A DNA stretch of 63,992 nucleotides, filler included, from an uncultured bacterium (GCA_964449065.1; 10 parts of 10 records of this genome joined end to end with filler, not necessarily neighbours in it), one strand, 5' to 3'; counted from the first letter of the whole stretch, positions 30,501 to 40,955 are shown. Numbers and translations: made by a program. Notes: generated by a model not told the origin, from the letters alone.

Positions 30501-33342
30501 CTTTAAAGAGGGCAACATAAACTCTAACGGTATCGCCGTTGACACGGGCGTAATCCGGAAAGTTATCTGCTTCGGCTAAGGGTGATAGCCGGTTGAATTC
30601 GGCTGCGTTTGCCATCCAGCGTACATTGCCCATATTGCTGAGCGGCGATACGCCTTGCGGCTGTGGAGAGACAGCAGCCCAGTAGGCATAATTGGGAACG
30701 TAGGATAACAATTCAACGCCTTGATTATTGAGCCGCGCTTTGTCTTCATCCGTTGGCAATTCATAGAACTGAATCAGCACATGGCGTTTGTTTTCTTCTT
30801 GGGTGCGGAGAGCGCTTAGAGTTAAGCCCGCGGCGTTTTGCGGTGCTGGAACCCGCTCATTGGTTTTGACGTGCAGGGTGTAATCGCGCTGATTGATCGG
30901 GCGTTTTGCCAGCAATTTTGCTTGCGGCTCATCGGCAACAATTTTCCCGCGTGAAAAGGTAAGTTCGGATGGTTCAACGCGAATGGCCGGCGGGCCCGCG
31001 GGTATGGTTGGTGTCGCGGTCGGTGTCAATGTTGGCGGTATTGTCGGAGTAAAAGTATTGGTTGGTGTTGATGTTGAACCAACCGGCGTATTGCTGGGTG
31101 TTGGTGTAATCGTTGGGGTGTTGCTGGGCGCAATCGGAGTATTCGGGTTTGGAGTTGATGTCGGGCCGGGCGGTGTTGCTGTGCTTGTATGGGTTGGTGT
31201 AGATGTTGGCTGCCCCGGCTGTGGTGTATTGGTTGGTTCTTCGGATGGTGGAACCGCTTGGGTGTTTGTCGCGGTGGGTTGACCGGGCTGCGGAGTATTG
31301 GTTGGCGGCGCGGTAGTCGGTGTATTGGTTGGTGCGCTGCTTGTTGGGGTTGATGTCGGTAAGGGTACCGGCGTAAAGGTGGCGGTTGGCAGCACCGGAA
31401 TAGGTGTATTTGTTGGGCTAGGCAAAGGCGTGTTGGTTGGTACCGGCACAACCGGTGTAAATGTATTGGTTGGCGGCTGCGGGATCGCGGTTGGAGTGTT
31501 GGTTGCCGTGGGCGGTTCGCTCGTTGGTGTTGCTGTTGGCGGTATGGGAGTTGGTGTTGGTTCCCCCAATTCGTTTTTGAATGTAATTGTGCCGGCGTTT
31601 TCAAATGGACCAAAGAATGGCGGGTTGCCGACATTGGTGATGAAGAAAACGCGGAAGCGGTATTCATTGTCAAACTGCGGGCCGCTGATAAAGCCGGATT
31701 CGATTCCGGTACCATCGGGTTTCCATTCTAAAAACGATGCGCTTCCACTGCCGGTTTTGCCCAGCAGTTCAAATATACCATCACCGTTGGTTTCGACAAA
31801 GACAAAAACATCTTCGACCATAGAGGTATCAACGCGCTCCAAATCAAAATTCCAACGTATCACTAAATCACGTTGGCCGGGCGGATCAAAATCTTCATGG
31901 CCGCTTAAATCGAGTTGATCGTTGACGGTGTCGCTGACAAAGACAGAATTTTCCGGATTGTTGTTGAGCGCGATGACGGTTAAGGTGTCGGATGCTGGGG
32001 CGTTGACTTGATCATCAACGGTTAAACGAAGGACGTATGTTCCCGGCGTGCTGGGGGTAAAGATTGGATTTAAAATATCAGACGCTGAGAATTGCGTGGT
32101 TATGGTATCCGGGCCGGATGCGATCTCCCAGGTGATGACAAAGTTGCCGTTCCCGCCGCCCGCAGCGCCTTCCAGTTGAAAGGGCTCATTCACCGGAACC
32201 GCGACACTGATGCCTGCCCCGCCAGAGAAAGCATCGGCTTTCACTTCAGCCTGCTGGCCGATCTTGCGGATTTTGTGGTTGCTCATATCCGCGATATATA
32301 CATTGCCGCTGGAATCAAGCGCCAGTCCTTCCGGTTCGAAAAAGGAAGAATTGATGATCAAGCCATCGTTTGAACCTTCGGTTCCGTTGCCACCGATGGT
32401 GGAAATATTTCCGAGTGAGTTGACTTGACGAATGCGGTTGTTGCGGGTATCCGAGATATACAGCACTCCAGTCTTGGTGGATATCACATCGAAGGGCTGG
32501 CTGAGTCTGGATTCGACTGCCGGTCCGCCATCTCCGGTAAAGCCGGATGTATTGGTACCAGCCACGGTAATGATGGTTCCGGAGGGCAGGATTTTACGTA
32601 CAACATGGTTAAAGGAATCGGCAATCAACAAATTTTCGATGCCGTCTTGAAACACGCTGGTGGGGTTGTGTAAAAGCGCTAGAGTGGCCGGTCCGGTGTC
32701 GCCTTCGAATCCAAAAGAGCCTCCTTGACCGGCGACGGTTGTAATAATTCCGCCGGAATCAATTTTACGGATGACATGATTGGCGGTATCGGCGATGAAG
32801 ATTTCTCCGCTGTCGTTCACGTACACATCATTAGGGCGGAACAACTGAGCGTTGACGGCTTGGCCGCCGTCGCCGGAGAAACCAGATGCCCCCGTGCCCG
32901 CAATGGTGGCAATGGTGCCTTCGGTATCGATTCGGCGGATTTTATGGTTTTGGCGGTCGGCAACATACAGATTGCCTTGTGTGTCAAAACTTAGGCCGGC
33001 AGGACGGTTGAATTGGGCGTTGAGCGCGGAACCGCCGTCTCCGGATGAACCTTCAACTCCGGTGCCCGCATAGGTAGATATCTTACCGCTTTGATCAACT
33101 TTGCGGATAACGTTGTTGTCAGTATCGGCAATATACATATTGCCGAACGGGTCGAATTCAACATCGGCGGGGAAGTTTAATCCGGCAAGAGTGGCTAAAT
33201 CTTGATCGCCAAAGAAGCCTTGCACCCCCGATCCGGCTGCTATACTCACTAAATTACCAGGTATTTGTGCTGAAACGGTTTGGATAAAACTAGTCAACAA
33301 TACGGCAAAGCAGGCCGATATTAAGCGAGATAGATCTTGCAT
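27505..33342 (-). CDS. Giant secreted protein: NHL repeats, PKD-like domain, unknown domain, PT linkers, S8 subtilase with prodomain inside an Ig domain, C-terminal beta-sandwiches
   Basis: YIADT.N..IRK repeats; triad [44 protein letters not shown] before ATG 33342. Confidence 0.9.
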   Translation of the reverse strand: MQDLSRLISACFAVLLTSFIQTVSAQIPGNLVSIAAGSGVQGFFGDQDLATLAGLNFPADVEFDPFGNMYIADTDNNVIRKVDQSGKISTYAGTGVEGSSGDGGSALNAQFNRPAGLSFDTQGNLYVADRQNHKIRRIDTEGTIATIAGTGASGFSGDGGQAVNAQLFRPNDVYVNDSGEIFIADTANHVIRKIDSGGIITTVAGQGGSFGFEGDTGPATLALLHNPTSVFQDGIENLLIADSFNHVVRKILPSGTIITVAGTNTSGFTGDGGPAVESRLSQPFDVISTKTGVLYISDTRNNRIRQVNSLGNISTIGGNGTEGSNDGLIINSSFFEPEGLALDSSGNVYIADMSNHKIRKIGQQAEVKADAFSGGAGISVAVPVNEPFQLEGAAGGGNGNFVITWEIASGPDTITTQFSASDILNPIFTPSTPGTYVLRLTVDDQVNAPASDTLTVIALNNNPENSVFVSDTVNDQLDLSGHEDFDPPGQRDLVIRWNFDLERVDTSMVEDVFVFVETNGDGIFELLGKTGSGSASFLEWKPDGTGIESGFISGPQFDNEYRFRVFFITNVGNPPFFGPFENAGTITFKNELGEPTPTPIPPTATPTSEPPTATNTPTAIPQPPTNTFTPVVPVPTNTPLPSPTNTPIPVLPTATFTPVPLPTSTPTSSAPTNTPTTAPPTNTPQPGQPTATNTQAVPPSEEPTNTPQPGQPTSTPTHTSTATPPGPTSTPNPNTPIAPSNTPTITPTPSNTPVGSTSTPTNTFTPTIPPTLTPTATPTIPAGPPAIRVEPSELTFSRGKIVADEPQAKLLAKRPINQRDYTLHVKTNERVPAPQNAAGLTLSALRTQEENKRHVLIQFYELPTDEDKARLNNQGVELLSYVPNYAYWAAVSPQPQGVSPLSNMGNVRWMANAAEFNRLSPLAEADNFPDYARVNGDTVRVYVALFKDMELNDVEGGITALGGSIIDTPHPHVVRVEIGLSNVSLLAQLDAVEWVEPDKPEYQANNLTAQERIRVNDLQEIPFDLTGKGITVGVWDAGSVSSHSDFGSRLTNKETFPRATNDNHATHVSGTIAGSGAGFGQAEGMASSAFIHAYDWNNDDTEMRSAFNEGIRLSNHSYGLVLDSAPQLYGTYNIYSIPWDEVVYDTGLIVFKAAGNDGNFRPFDTIGPMGVPKNIITIAASKDNDGIASFSSKGPADDGRVKPDLTANGVSLLSTLPGNQYGQFSGTSMATPSACGAATLLYQYFMQLTDLEPSSQLMKALLVHGARDLGNPGPDYTFGWGLIDSVASAGLITDTLYRNGSISADTFIPFSISVGENETELKATLVWLDVAGTASASKALVNDLDLVLKSPSGNTFSPWVLNANNPNSSAITGTNTVDNVEQTVVTNPEAGLWTIEVHGRTIPEGPVEFSLVSEAFQQTDSTGAFDIFNDGTGGLTVSSMTIENGPWISAVPNESAPIAPDDSKKISVSVNFDQAPEGNSTRDIVISSDDIDNPTVTVRVNIVDNVLPTPTPTNTATHTPTATVTPTFTPTFTITNTPTNTATITPTFTATHTPTATFTSAPLPNPSPTPTQDPAQPSPTPTVVEPSPTNTATNPPANTPTPSEPNVTPTATPTALDDTPTPSPTATNTPPPTNTPTVTPTPVTVIRYPFNSIDQSLDTLDFSVNPVDTGAGIDFDMPEDEDQPQATNGVGLSVSVPPGVFVTINAPAIDVSSEPVEVRAWFNASSANVQVAVGGFVEINNSGGSNMFTLKGSPEFTPGTWHQAKMAGLGNASRITPFIILVNSGQSAASVLLDNFEIDLQPGFSFANELEVDWQANLFAQDNTGIAIKQGNTLMMNKTENQQLTQFVAPFTQGHIPSRTAIEMDVEKIRGDTGTFTVVLTNGPSSTQFNIPLFILPEEELHTIRLNGLNTTEGLGEMFAAVQIAGDDEEQVILHNVKVFDDLSN

Positions 33343-33365
33343 AGGGTTCACCCTCCCGATATCGA

Positions 33366-33392
33366 ATATCGGCTTTTCATCCAATAACTTTA
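33366..33392 (-). promoter_or_regulatory. sigma28 (FliA/SigD)-type promoter
   Basis: Minus strand TAAA-GTTATTGGATGAAAA(15)-GCCGATAT. Confidence 0.78.
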
Positions 33393-33611
33393 AAACATTT
33401 TGCAAATAATTATAACATAAAACCGGAATTCATGTATTATTTTAATTCGTGTTTTAGATGAATTTAAACAAATCAAGTTTGGGTAACATAGAGAGAATTA
33501 TTTATATTCCCCCTTCCCTCCCTTAATAAGGAAGATCAACAACGGCAGGAACTATCTATCCATCCTTTAAACGCTCTATAAGCGTCAACACTTAATTTTT
33601 TGCTATGTAAA

Positions 33612-33643
33612 AAAAAACGGCATCTCAAGAGATGCCGTTTTTT
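33612..33643 (-). terminator. Intrinsic terminator
   Basis: AAAAAACGGCATCTC-AA-GAGATGCCGTTTTTT. Confidence 0.85.
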
Positions 33644-33671
33644 ACAATAATGTATTTGAAATTTTATGAAT

Positions 33672-33734
33672 CTAGTTCATGATCATCCAGTCTTGGACAC
33701 TTGTATCGATACCATCTAGATGATTTGAGGTGAT
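33672..33734 (-). CDS. 3' end of a gene cut by the contig edge
   Basis: ITSNHLDGIDTSVQDWMIMN*, followed by a terminator. Confidence 0.55.
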   Translation of the reverse strand: MTSNHLDGIDTSVQDWMIMN

Positions 33735-33835
33735 GNNNNNNNNNNNNNNNNNNNNNNNNNNNNNNNNNNNNNNNNNNNNTTAATTAATTAANNNNNNNNN
33801 NNNNNNNNNNNNNNNNNNNNNNNNNNNNNNNNNNN

Positions 33836-34199
33836 GCCCGAGCACACGCGCGCCGACGACCCCGCCCTCATGCCCGCGCCAGGGCTCACCGACTGGCTCA
33901 CCCTCAGGGCTCCAGAGGCGAAGGGTCTTGTCCCAGCTCCAGGACAGGATGCGGTCGGGCCCGAGCGCAAGCGCGCCATTGACCGGGCCCTTATGCCCCA
34001 TCAGGGTCGCGTCCGAAAGCGGAAGGGCTTGGCGTCCTGGGTGTGTCGATGGGACAGCTTGACCCTTCAAAAGATCAAAGTCGGCTAGAAAGTCCAGATA
34101 GGTTGCAGCATTTTTCTGCCTGGGCATCCCGGCAAGGCGCGATGACAAGCCAGAATAGTTACGCCAGAAACGCAAATGATCTTCAGGGTTTACCGTCAT
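33836..34199 (-). CDS. WD40-repeat protein (3' partial)
   Basis: LMGHKGPVNG...ILSWSWDKTLRLW, WRGHEGGVVG. Confidence 0.8.
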
Positions 34200-34458
34200 T
34201 CTGCGCCCTCGTCCGCCACGAAGAAACGTTACAGCGCGTGTCGAGACTAATGCAACATCGGATTGCCGCCTTTGCCTTCTTGTGTGATCATCTGCTCATG
34301 TTCCGGCATACGGGTCCCAAGAGGCGGGAAGATCACCACCCAATGCAAGCCGCCTCTGCTCAGATCAATGACTGGAGATGAAACCCGCTGCACAGCTATC
34401 GATCGCATTTATCCACGCGTTTCCAACAACAACGCAACTCTCAGTATGGACCTCCAAC

Positions 34459-34842
34459 TCACGGCCGCTCACCTTGCGTCTCCCGTAGTCTGTGCGCCAC
34501 TTGCGCTGCGAAATGCTCATATCGACGCCTTCCCAGTGCCTGCGCTGCATCGCGCTCGCCCTCCGGAATTGGTTCCAACCGGGTGAGCCAGTACAGCACG
34601 TAGTGACCGAGCGTTTCAGTGCAGAGGCGCAGGTCGGCTTCCATGCGCCCCTGTCTTATATCAAACTGGTCCAAACGTGACAGCAGCCGCGGCTCACGTG
34701 GATGGGTCTCCTCAGGATGAAAATACTGAGCGAGCGCGGCTTCGATAATCGCCGTCATGGTCGATCCGTGCACGGAAGCCTCCAGCTGCAGTCTCTCCCA
34801 AATTTCATCAGTGACCCGAATGTTTATGCGATTGGGCTTCAT
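34459..34842 (-). CDS. CopG/RHH protein of conjugative elements
   Basis: RINIRV..., IIEAAL, RLD...ETL...V.YWL...P.P, AQALGRRRYEHF; directly after traG. Confidence 0.85.
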   Translation of the reverse strand: MKPNRINIRVTDEIWERLQLEASVHGSTMTAIIEAALAQYFHPEETHPREPRLLSRLDQFDIRQGRMEADLRLCTETLGHYVLYWLTRLEPIPEGERDAAQALGRRRYEHFAAQVAHRLRETQGERP

Positions 34843-34846
34843 GGGC

Positions 34847-36811
34847 TCAATATCCTGGCATTGCATCGGGATCGACTTCATCAAGCGCCACGGCCCGCTT
34901 TATGGCATCGAGGTGCTGCGCGTCGGCAGGATCAACCGGTTCATCCTCGGGATCGTCATCGCGAGGCACCTCCAGGTCCCGATCAGGCGGCGGTTCCTGT
35001 TGCATCTCATGACGGATCTCGCGCCCGGTCTCGTCATCCTTCGAGATCGCCCCGATCAATCCGGCAGTATCCGGCTCGGCCCGAAGCCCTACCCAGTCAG
35101 AGGCAGGCGCTTGCGACCGAACCACACCAGCTGCAGCAGGCAGCACGCGCCCGGTAAAATTGCGATCCTCGAAATAGCGCAGCTTCTTAGCCAAAATGGG
35201 CGGCGTGCCTGACACCATCACCACCTCGTCCGTGGGCGCCATCTGCATGACCTCGCCGGGCGTCATCAGCGCCCGCTGGGTTTCCTGGCGCGAGACCATC
35301 ATGTGCGAAAGCCAGGGTGCGAGCCGGTGGCCGGTATAATTCTTCTGCGAGCGCAGCTCGGTCTTGGCGCCCAGCGCCTCGGATATTCGCTTGGCGGTGC
35401 GTTCATCATTGGTCGCAAAGGCGATACGCACATGGCAATTGTCGAGGATGGCATTGTTCGGCCCGTAAGCCTTTTCGATCTGGTTCAACGACTGGGCGAT
35501 CAGATAGGCCCGCACGCCATAGCCTGCCATGAAGGCAAGCGCGCTCTCGAAAAAATCAAGCCGTCCCAGCGCCGGAAACTCGTCCAGCATCAGGAGCAGT
35601 TTCCGCCGCTTCGTATCGGGCAATGATTCGGTCAGCCTCCGTCCGATCTGATTGAGGATGAGCCGCACCAGCGGCTTCGTCCGCGACAGGTCCGAGGGCG
35701 GCACGACAAGGTAAAGCGACACTGGTCGCGGCCCCTCCACCAGATCGCTGATCCGCCAGTCGCTCGCCGATGTCACCGCCGCCACAACCGGGTCGCGGTA
35801 GAGCGAAAGGAAGCTGAGCGCCGTGGACAGAACACCAGACCGCTCGTTCTCCGACTTGTTCAAAAGCTCCCGCGCGGCCTGAGCGACAACGGGATGAACA
35901 GAACGGCTCCCACCCTCAGCCACAACGTGCTTCGTCGTCAGCATTCGCGACAGCGTTTCCTTGAACGGGCGGGATGGGTCGGACAGGAAGGCCGCGCAAC
36001 CAGCCAGCGTCTTGTTCTCCTCCGCATAAAGAACATGCAGGATCACGCCGACCAGCAAGGAATGACCGGTCTTTTCCCAATGGTTGCGGCGCTCCAGCGA
36101 GCCTTCCGGATCGACCAGAATGTCGGCGATGTTCTGGACGTCGCGCACTTCGCCTGCACCCTTGCGTACCTCCATCAGCGGATTGAAACGCGGCGAGCTT
36201 GCATCGGTCGGATCAAAGCGCAGGCACGTCGCAAACCCCGATCGCCATCCCGATGTCAGATCCCAGTTCTCGCCCTTGATGTCATGCACCACGGCGCTGC
36301 CCGTCCACGAGAGCAGCGTCGGCACAACCAGCCCCACCCCCTTGCCTGACCGGGTTGGCGCAAAGGCCAGCACATGTTCCGGCCCGTCATGGCGCAGATA
36401 GTCACCCTTCCAGCGCCCGAGGAACACGCCGTCACCGCCAAGCAGCTTCGCGCGCACAAGATCGCGCTTCTCGGCCCAGCGAGCCGAGCCATAGGTCGTG
36501 ACGCGCTTTTCCCAACGCGAGCGCCAGACCGAGCCGATGACGGCCGCCAGAATGCCGAGCAGTCCGCCACTGGCAGCAATCGCCCCACCGCGCGCGAATA
36601 CGGTCGGCGCATAGGCCTCATAGGCGTACCACCACTGGAATAGCCGCCAGGGCCGATAGACCGGCCAGCCGTCAACGACAAACCATGGCCGCCCCAAAGC
36701 TGGCTGATATCCGAACGCATGCGCCACCCATTGCGTCGCGCCCCATAGGGTCGCCACGATGATGGTCAGGACAATGAGAAACTGACCGATGAGAATCTTC
36801 GATGGCGACAT
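34847..36811 (-). CDS. traG: Type IV coupling protein TraG/VirD4
   Basis: TYGSARWA, FAPTRSGKGVG, HDIKGENW, LDEFPALG, AQSLNQI. Confidence 0.96.
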   Translation of the reverse strand: MSPSKILIGQFLIVLTIIVATLWGATQWVAHAFGYQPALGRPWFVVDGWPVYRPWRLFQWWYAYEAYAPTVFARGGAIAASGGLLGILAAVIGSVWRSRWEKRVTTYGSARWAEKRDLVRAKLLGGDGVFLGRWKGDYLRHDGPEHVLAFAPTRSGKGVGLVVPTLLSWTGSAVVHDIKGENWDLTSGWRSGFATCLRFDPTDASSPRFNPLMEVRKGAGEVRDVQNIADILVDPEGSLERRNHWEKTGHSLLVGVILHVLYAEENKTLAGCAAFLSDPSRPFKETLSRMLTTKHVVAEGGSRSVHPVVAQAARELLNKSENERSGVLSTALSFLSLYRDPVVAAVTSASDWRISDLVEGPRPVSLYLVVPPSDLSRTKPLVRLILNQIGRRLTESLPDTKRRKLLLMLDEFPALGRLDFFESALAFMAGYGVRAYLIAQSLNQIEKAYGPNNAILDNCHVRIAFATNDERTAKRISEALGAKTELRSQKNYTGHRLAPWLSHMMVSRQETQRALMTPGEVMQMAPTDEVVMVSGTPPILAKKLRYFEDRNFTGRVLPAAAGVVRSQAPASDWVGLRAEPDTAGLIGAISKDDETGREIRHEMQQEPPPDRDLEVPRDDDPEDEPVDPADAQHLDAIKRAVALDEVDPDAMPGY

Positions 36812-36988
36812 GGATCAGGGGCTCCCAAAGTGAAAACCCCTTCAGTGTTCCGCACACGCCCCGCCCTGCACAGTGTGAATGGCGGCAAATGGCGGCATAA
36901 TGCTCCGTATCGACCCGTAGGGGTCAAACCGCTATTCGCCGGAAGTTGCCGTTGTGCGCTGTGCTGCTATGTCAGGTTCTGCGTCCCT

Positions 36989-37225
36989 TCAGGAGCCCTT
37001 GGGCCCTGATTCTTCTTGCCGGACAAATTCCATGAGGTCTCCGGGCTGACAGTCAAGGACATCACAAATTTTAACCAAAGTTTCGAAACGGACCCCTTTG
37101 ACCTTACCTGTCTTGATCATTGAGAGTGCCTGTTCGGTCAAACCAATAGTTGCGGCAAGCTCTTTCAGGCGCATCTTTCGCTTGGCGAGCATGACATCAA
37201 GATTGACAACAATCCTCATCTCCAA
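36989..37225 (-). CDS. XRE/Cro-C1 HTH regulator (YozG-like)
   Basis: IVVNLDVMLAKRKM..ELA...KTGKVKGVRFETL..IC..LDCQPGD. Confidence 0.92.
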   Translation of the reverse strand: MEMRIVVNLDVMLAKRKMRLKELAATIGLTEQALSMIKTGKVKGVRFETLVKICDVLDCQPGDLMEFVRQEESGPKGS

Positions 37226-37231
37226 AGCAGC

Positions 37232-37786
37232 CTAAAGAAAGCTGTCATTTTCATCCTTAATATTTTTTGTTTCGGCAAAGATACCTGCAACGAAGACTAG
37301 GAGAGTTGCTGCAAAAATCGCCTTGATTTCAGGCGTGCCGAATTTCACCGAGATGCCTGCCGGCATGGCTGGGTCCGCTATAGAGAATATTGCAAAAAGC
37401 GCAGAATGCTGAATGACTCCGTAGAATACGAGAAACAGGCTCACCCAGGCGAACCGTCGAAAGCCTTGAAGTGACTTTTCGGAGAACGCCCGGCGATCAC
37501 GCGCTTCGAGGAATGTCTGACGCAGTCCCAACAATCCGTATACCCCGACAAGTGTTCCGACGAAGGACACAGCAAAGCCAGCTAAGCGCCCAGCTAGTCC
37601 GAGTGCTTGCGGGTCGAACGCGCCCGACAGATTGCTGGGAGCAATTTCGGAATACACTCCCCAGAATAGCCAGACCGATGCAATGAACACGGGCTGCGCG
37701 ATCGCGGCGATCAGGGTAACGGACGCCAGAGTGCCCGCCAGTCTTGATCCTTCGGGCTTCCCCTTGGCGATTGTGCGCGGGCTCAT
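37232..37786 (-). CDS. DUF2975 membrane protein
   Basis: Four TM segments, ends IKDENDSFL, precedes a YozG-type HTH. Confidence 0.8.
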   Translation of the reverse strand: MSPRTIAKGKPEGSRLAGTLASVTLIAAIAQPVFIASVWLFWGVYSEIAPSNLSGAFDPQALGLAGRLAGFAVSFVGTLVGVYGLLGLRQTFLEARDRRAFSEKSLQGFRRFAWVSLFLVFYGVIQHSALFAIFSIADPAMPAGISVKFGTPEIKAIFAATLLVFVAGIFAETKNIKDENDSFL

Positions 37787-37803
37787 GGTTGCTGCGTCCT
37801 CAT

Positions 37804-39033
37804 TCAGTGGGGTACCGCGGGCAGTTGAATGGTTGATTGTCGACCTTCACGGTTGACGATCATTTCCGCAGCAGCCGTCCGATCAAACGTTTCGGTAAGC
37901 CAGCGGACTTGCCCGCAAACATTGCCGGAATCGTCATCTTCAAATTGATGCCCATTGATGGAGGTCACATGATCTCCAAGTCTCAAACCAGCCTGCTGTG
38001 CCTGACTGCCGTCAAACAGCTGTGTAACGGTAACTGCGCCGTCGACGATCGAAACAGCATAGCCCGGCTCTGGGGTCTCGGGCTGGCGGCTAGTGCGGTC
38101 CGTCAGTATGAACTGGCCGGCTTCATAATCGAGAGTCGCGACATAGCGCTCGAGAATGGCCGTTCCAATAAGTGTCGGCGCGACGGCGCGGGTTGTGGCC
38201 CGCACAGGTCCAGCATTTTCCGAACCAATAAGGAACTCCGACAATGTGAACTGGGTTAGGTCCCGGATTTCTCCCGGCCCACCGGCAGAAACGCCTTCTG
38301 ATCCGCGGCCCCGCACAAGCGATCCATCTGCAATGGCCCGACGAACTTTCCTACTGTGTGTCACACCTTCGTACATGGCGACTTCTGCAGCACTGCCCGT
38401 GTCGAAGATTGCCTTGTCGCGAACGTCTTCGACCGAATAGTCTACAATGGGTGTGTGGGGATATCCGAAATCATACAGTGGAGCCTTCAGTACGGCTTCA
38501 TTTGACGATGTTGTCGCGCCGGGCGCTGAAATTGTGAGACGGCGATGTTCCGTATCGATATTCCAGATGCTTCCCGGAAGAATCTCTGAACCAATAACCC
38601 CGCCATCAAAGATGCATGATGCGAGTTCCAACCGACGAGGATCAAAGATCAGAACCGGCACTTCCCGGAACGTCACATCGCCCAGTGTGAGCGTCTCCAC
38701 AATCGCAATGTCCATAGTCACTTCGCGGCCGTTTGCATCTGTCCCGGTATTCTGTCCGATGACCTCGATATCAAGGGCGTTTGCCAGATCTGACGTCAGT
38801 ATCGTTGGAGTACCGGTGTCAAAAATGAACTCTCTGGTTTCGCCTTCGACGGTCGCATCGATGAAGAGTTTTCCCATCCTGACGTCCAAAGGCACTTCTG
38901 TGATGGGTGCATTTCTCTCAATTTTTGGCGGCTTTGAGAGAATGGTGCCCGCGCCGGGCTCCTGAGCCGCTGCGAAGCCAATGCTCAAGCAGAACGCGAC
39001 CGAGAGCTGGGAAAATATACGAGAACTTTTCAT
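37804..39033 (-). CDS. Secreted double retropepsin-like aspartyl protease with PDZ
   Basis: Signal peptide; FIFDTGT and AIFDTGS; GSQAQQAGLRLGD..TSING. Confidence 0.88.
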   Translation of the reverse strand: MKSSRIFSQLSVAFCLSIGFAAAQEPGAGTILSKPPKIERNAPITEVPLDVRMGKLFIDATVEGETREFIFDTGTPTILTSDLANALDIEVIGQNTGTDANGREVTMDIAIVETLTLGDVTFREVPVLIFDPRRLELASCIFDGGVIGSEILPGSIWNIDTEHRRLTISAPGATTSSNEAVLKAPLYDFGYPHTPIVDYSVEDVRDKAIFDTGSAAEVAMYEGVTHSRKVRRAIADGSLVRGRGSEGVSAGGPGEIRDLTQFTLSEFLIGSENAGPVRATTRAVAPTLIGTAILERYVATLDYEAGQFILTDRTSRQPETPEPGYAVSIVDGAVTVTQLFDGSQAQQAGLRLGDHVTSINGHQFEDDDSGNVCGQVRWLTETFDRTAAAEMIVNREGRQSTIQLPAVPH

Positions 39034-39056
39034 TATGGACTCACGAAAAACCTGAC

Positions 39057-39092
39057 ATAAATGAAAGTGCCCCTTTCATTTATTAATGTCAA
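39057..39092 (-). promoter_or_regulatory. Promoter -35 with 11-bp perfect inverted repeat (probable operator)
   Basis: ATAAATGAAAG-N5-CTTTCATTTAT at 39057-39083; TTGACA on the minus strand at 39087-39092. Confidence 0.65.
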
Positions 39093-39308
39093 GGGGTGTT
39101 TTTTGTCTTCAAGACAGCTGCGTGAGAATTCACCAATCGCTTGTTGACTGGTAACTGAATGCGGCGTGCGGACCGGATGCGCATGTCGTTTTGCTGGATG
39201 TTGCGGAAGTGCATATTCCCGCTCTGTACGGCGCCTTTGGGCCAATGATGCCCCGATGGTTCCCTTCGGCGGTCGGCAGAAAACATCTCCTTTGCGGCCA
39301 TTCATCCC

Positions 39309-40385
39309 TTACCGCCCAAGCCCCCTTTGCCTCCCGCTGGGCAGCGTCCAGCCGATCCCCCGCTCGCGCGCCTCGATGACAAGCGACCGTCCCCGCTGGC
39401 GTTCGAGGTCCGGCCGCCACGGCACCATGGCGAAGGCTTTCTCGTTTCCGACAAGCGCCATGCGGCCTGAGGCCAGATCGACTGTCTTTTCGAACCGGCC
39501 TTCGAAACCGTCACCATTCGCAAGGGCAATGTGATCCCTGCCTGTGCGCCGGGCCTCAGTGCTCGCGGCCCGTTTCAACTCGCCAGCATGCAGGCGCTGC
39601 TTCACATCATCCGAAAGCTGGCCTTCCCCTTCACGCAGGAGGCCCTGACTTTGCAGAAAAGCAAGGCGTGCGGCGCGGGCTTTGGTGATGCGTGCCGATG
39701 ACAGGTCGGCTTCGGGCGGGGCATCATCAAGCCAGGTGACCGCTTCCGCCCTGATCTGTGCGTCCAGCGTCATCCACGACCGCACCGCAATCTTCACCCG
39801 TCCACCCTGATGCACCTCATAATCGGTCGCTCGTTTGAGATAATCGTCGCCAATCTCCCAGACGCCGTCCTTACGGCGGTTAACTAGCCCCGCCCGCCGC
39901 ATGGCTTCGAGCCTGCGTTTGTGCGCCTCGCGGTAAGTGTAAGAGGCTGTCGGATCGGCTTCGGCATGAAGCGCATCGGAATAATACCCGCCGGTCTGGC
40001 CGGCAATCTGCGCAATCGTTCTGTCGGCGGCGCGCGGTGCAGGCTGCGAAGCGGCTACATCCACAATCGCGCCGCGCGGCGGCAAACCGCCAGGCTCGAT
40101 CCCTTCTGCTGAAACATGCCAGCGCGTACCGCTCAAATCTTCGACCAGAAGGAAGCGCGTGCTGCGCAATTCATCATCCGGGCCTTGGGAAATCACCACG
40201 CCCGTCATGGGCTTTGCACCCATGGGCCGCTCCTCGAAGAAGCGTAGGCCGCGCGCCGTCTCGCCGGGCTCAAGACCGGCCGCCAGCGTGCGCACGATAT
40301 CGCCGCGCCGCCCCATGGCTTTGAGGGCCTGCTGCCAGCCTTCCTTCAGGCGCCAGACCCCGGCGCTTTCCTCAGCGGCCAGATG
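39309..40385 (-). CDS. VirD2-like relaxase, DUF3363 C-terminal part (5' partial)
   Basis: MGRRGDIVRT, HKRRLEAMRRAG, TWLD, LASGRMALV, FAMVPWRP, RQRGLGR. Confidence 0.9.
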   Translation of the reverse strand, partial: HLAAEESAGVWRLKEGWQQALKAMGRRGDIVRTLAAGLEPGETARGLRFFEERPMGAKPMTGVVISQGPDDELRSTRFLLVEDLSGTRWHVSAEGIEPGGLPPRGAIVDVAASQPAPRAADRTIAQIAGQTGGYYSDALHAEADPTASYTYREAHKRRLEAMRRAGLVNRRKDGVWEIGDDYLKRATDYEVHQGGRVKIAVRSWMTLDAQIRAEAVTWLDDAPPEADLSSARITKARAARLAFLQSQGLLREGEGQLSDDVKQRLHAGELKRAASTEARRTGRDHIALANGDGFEGRFEKTVDLASGRMALVGNEKAFAMVPWRPDLERQRGRSLVIEARERGIGWTLPSGRQRGLGR

Positions 40386-40487
40386 ANNNNNNNNNNNNNN
40401 NNNNNNNNNNNNNNNNNNNNNNNNNNNNNNTTAATTAATTAANNNNNNNNNNNNNNNNNNNNNNNNNNNNNNNNNNNNNNNNNNNNA

Positions 40488-40838
40488 GCGGGTCTTGGAT
40501 TGAATGAACTGGCGCAAGCCAACTTACGCAGCGCACGGATGATCACCGGTGAAATCAACGTTTTCGTCAGCAATCCGTCCAATGATCTGCTTTCTGAACG
40601 GGAATCCAACGAAGCCTATTGCCTTGCCAATCCCGGCAAGCAGTACGCCGTGTATTTCCCCAACGGCGGCGAGGTGGAATTGGATGTCTCGGATGCCAAA
40701 AGCGGGTTGACGCTTAAATGGTTGAACATCCTGAAGAGCGAATGGAGCGGAGAAGAGAGGGGTTCCAGCGGTGATTCTTTGACGCTGAAAACGCCGGGCG
40801 AAGGGCACTGGGCGGCGGTGATATCGCTCGTGAATTGA
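40488..40838 (+). CDS. C-terminus of a glycoside-hydrolase-like protein with a putative collagen-binding domain (5' partial)
   Basis: GLGLNELAQANLRSARM, AYCLANPGKQYAVYFPNGGEVELD. Confidence 0.65.
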   Translation, partial: AGLGLNELAQANLRSARMITGEINVFVSNPSNDLLSERESNEAYCLANPGKQYAVYFPNGGEVELDVSDAKSGLTLKWLNILKSEWSGEERGSSGDSLTLKTPGEGHWAAVISLVN

Positions 40839-40955
40839 TCGGATCTTCCCGCGTCACTTAAGCAAATCAAGTATGGGTAGAGGGGTCAACTTCTACCTAG
40901 GTTTTCGTGCCGATTACCTATTTTTCCTCTTTGAGTATGATTGTAAAAAACCCAA

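Larger units (their letters stand above)
33836..40386 (-). mobile_element. Tn4371-like ICE segment (relaxase-cargo-traG-copG), alphaproteobacterial style
   Basis: DUF3363 relaxase, TraG/VirD4 and RHH in the canonical order; GC visibly higher than the other contigs. Confidence 0.85.

Noticed and set aside
28430..31560. GTTGGT/GTCGGT-rich tandem repeats as CRISPR or VNTR
   Set aside because: They encode Pro/Thr linkers of the subtilase; no repeat-spacer array or cas gene was seen in the window
33343..33405. ORF-track upstream starts (33405; also 56386, 25270, 17500, 60596)
   Set aside because: Downstream starts have SD sequences and give proper N-termini or signal peptides
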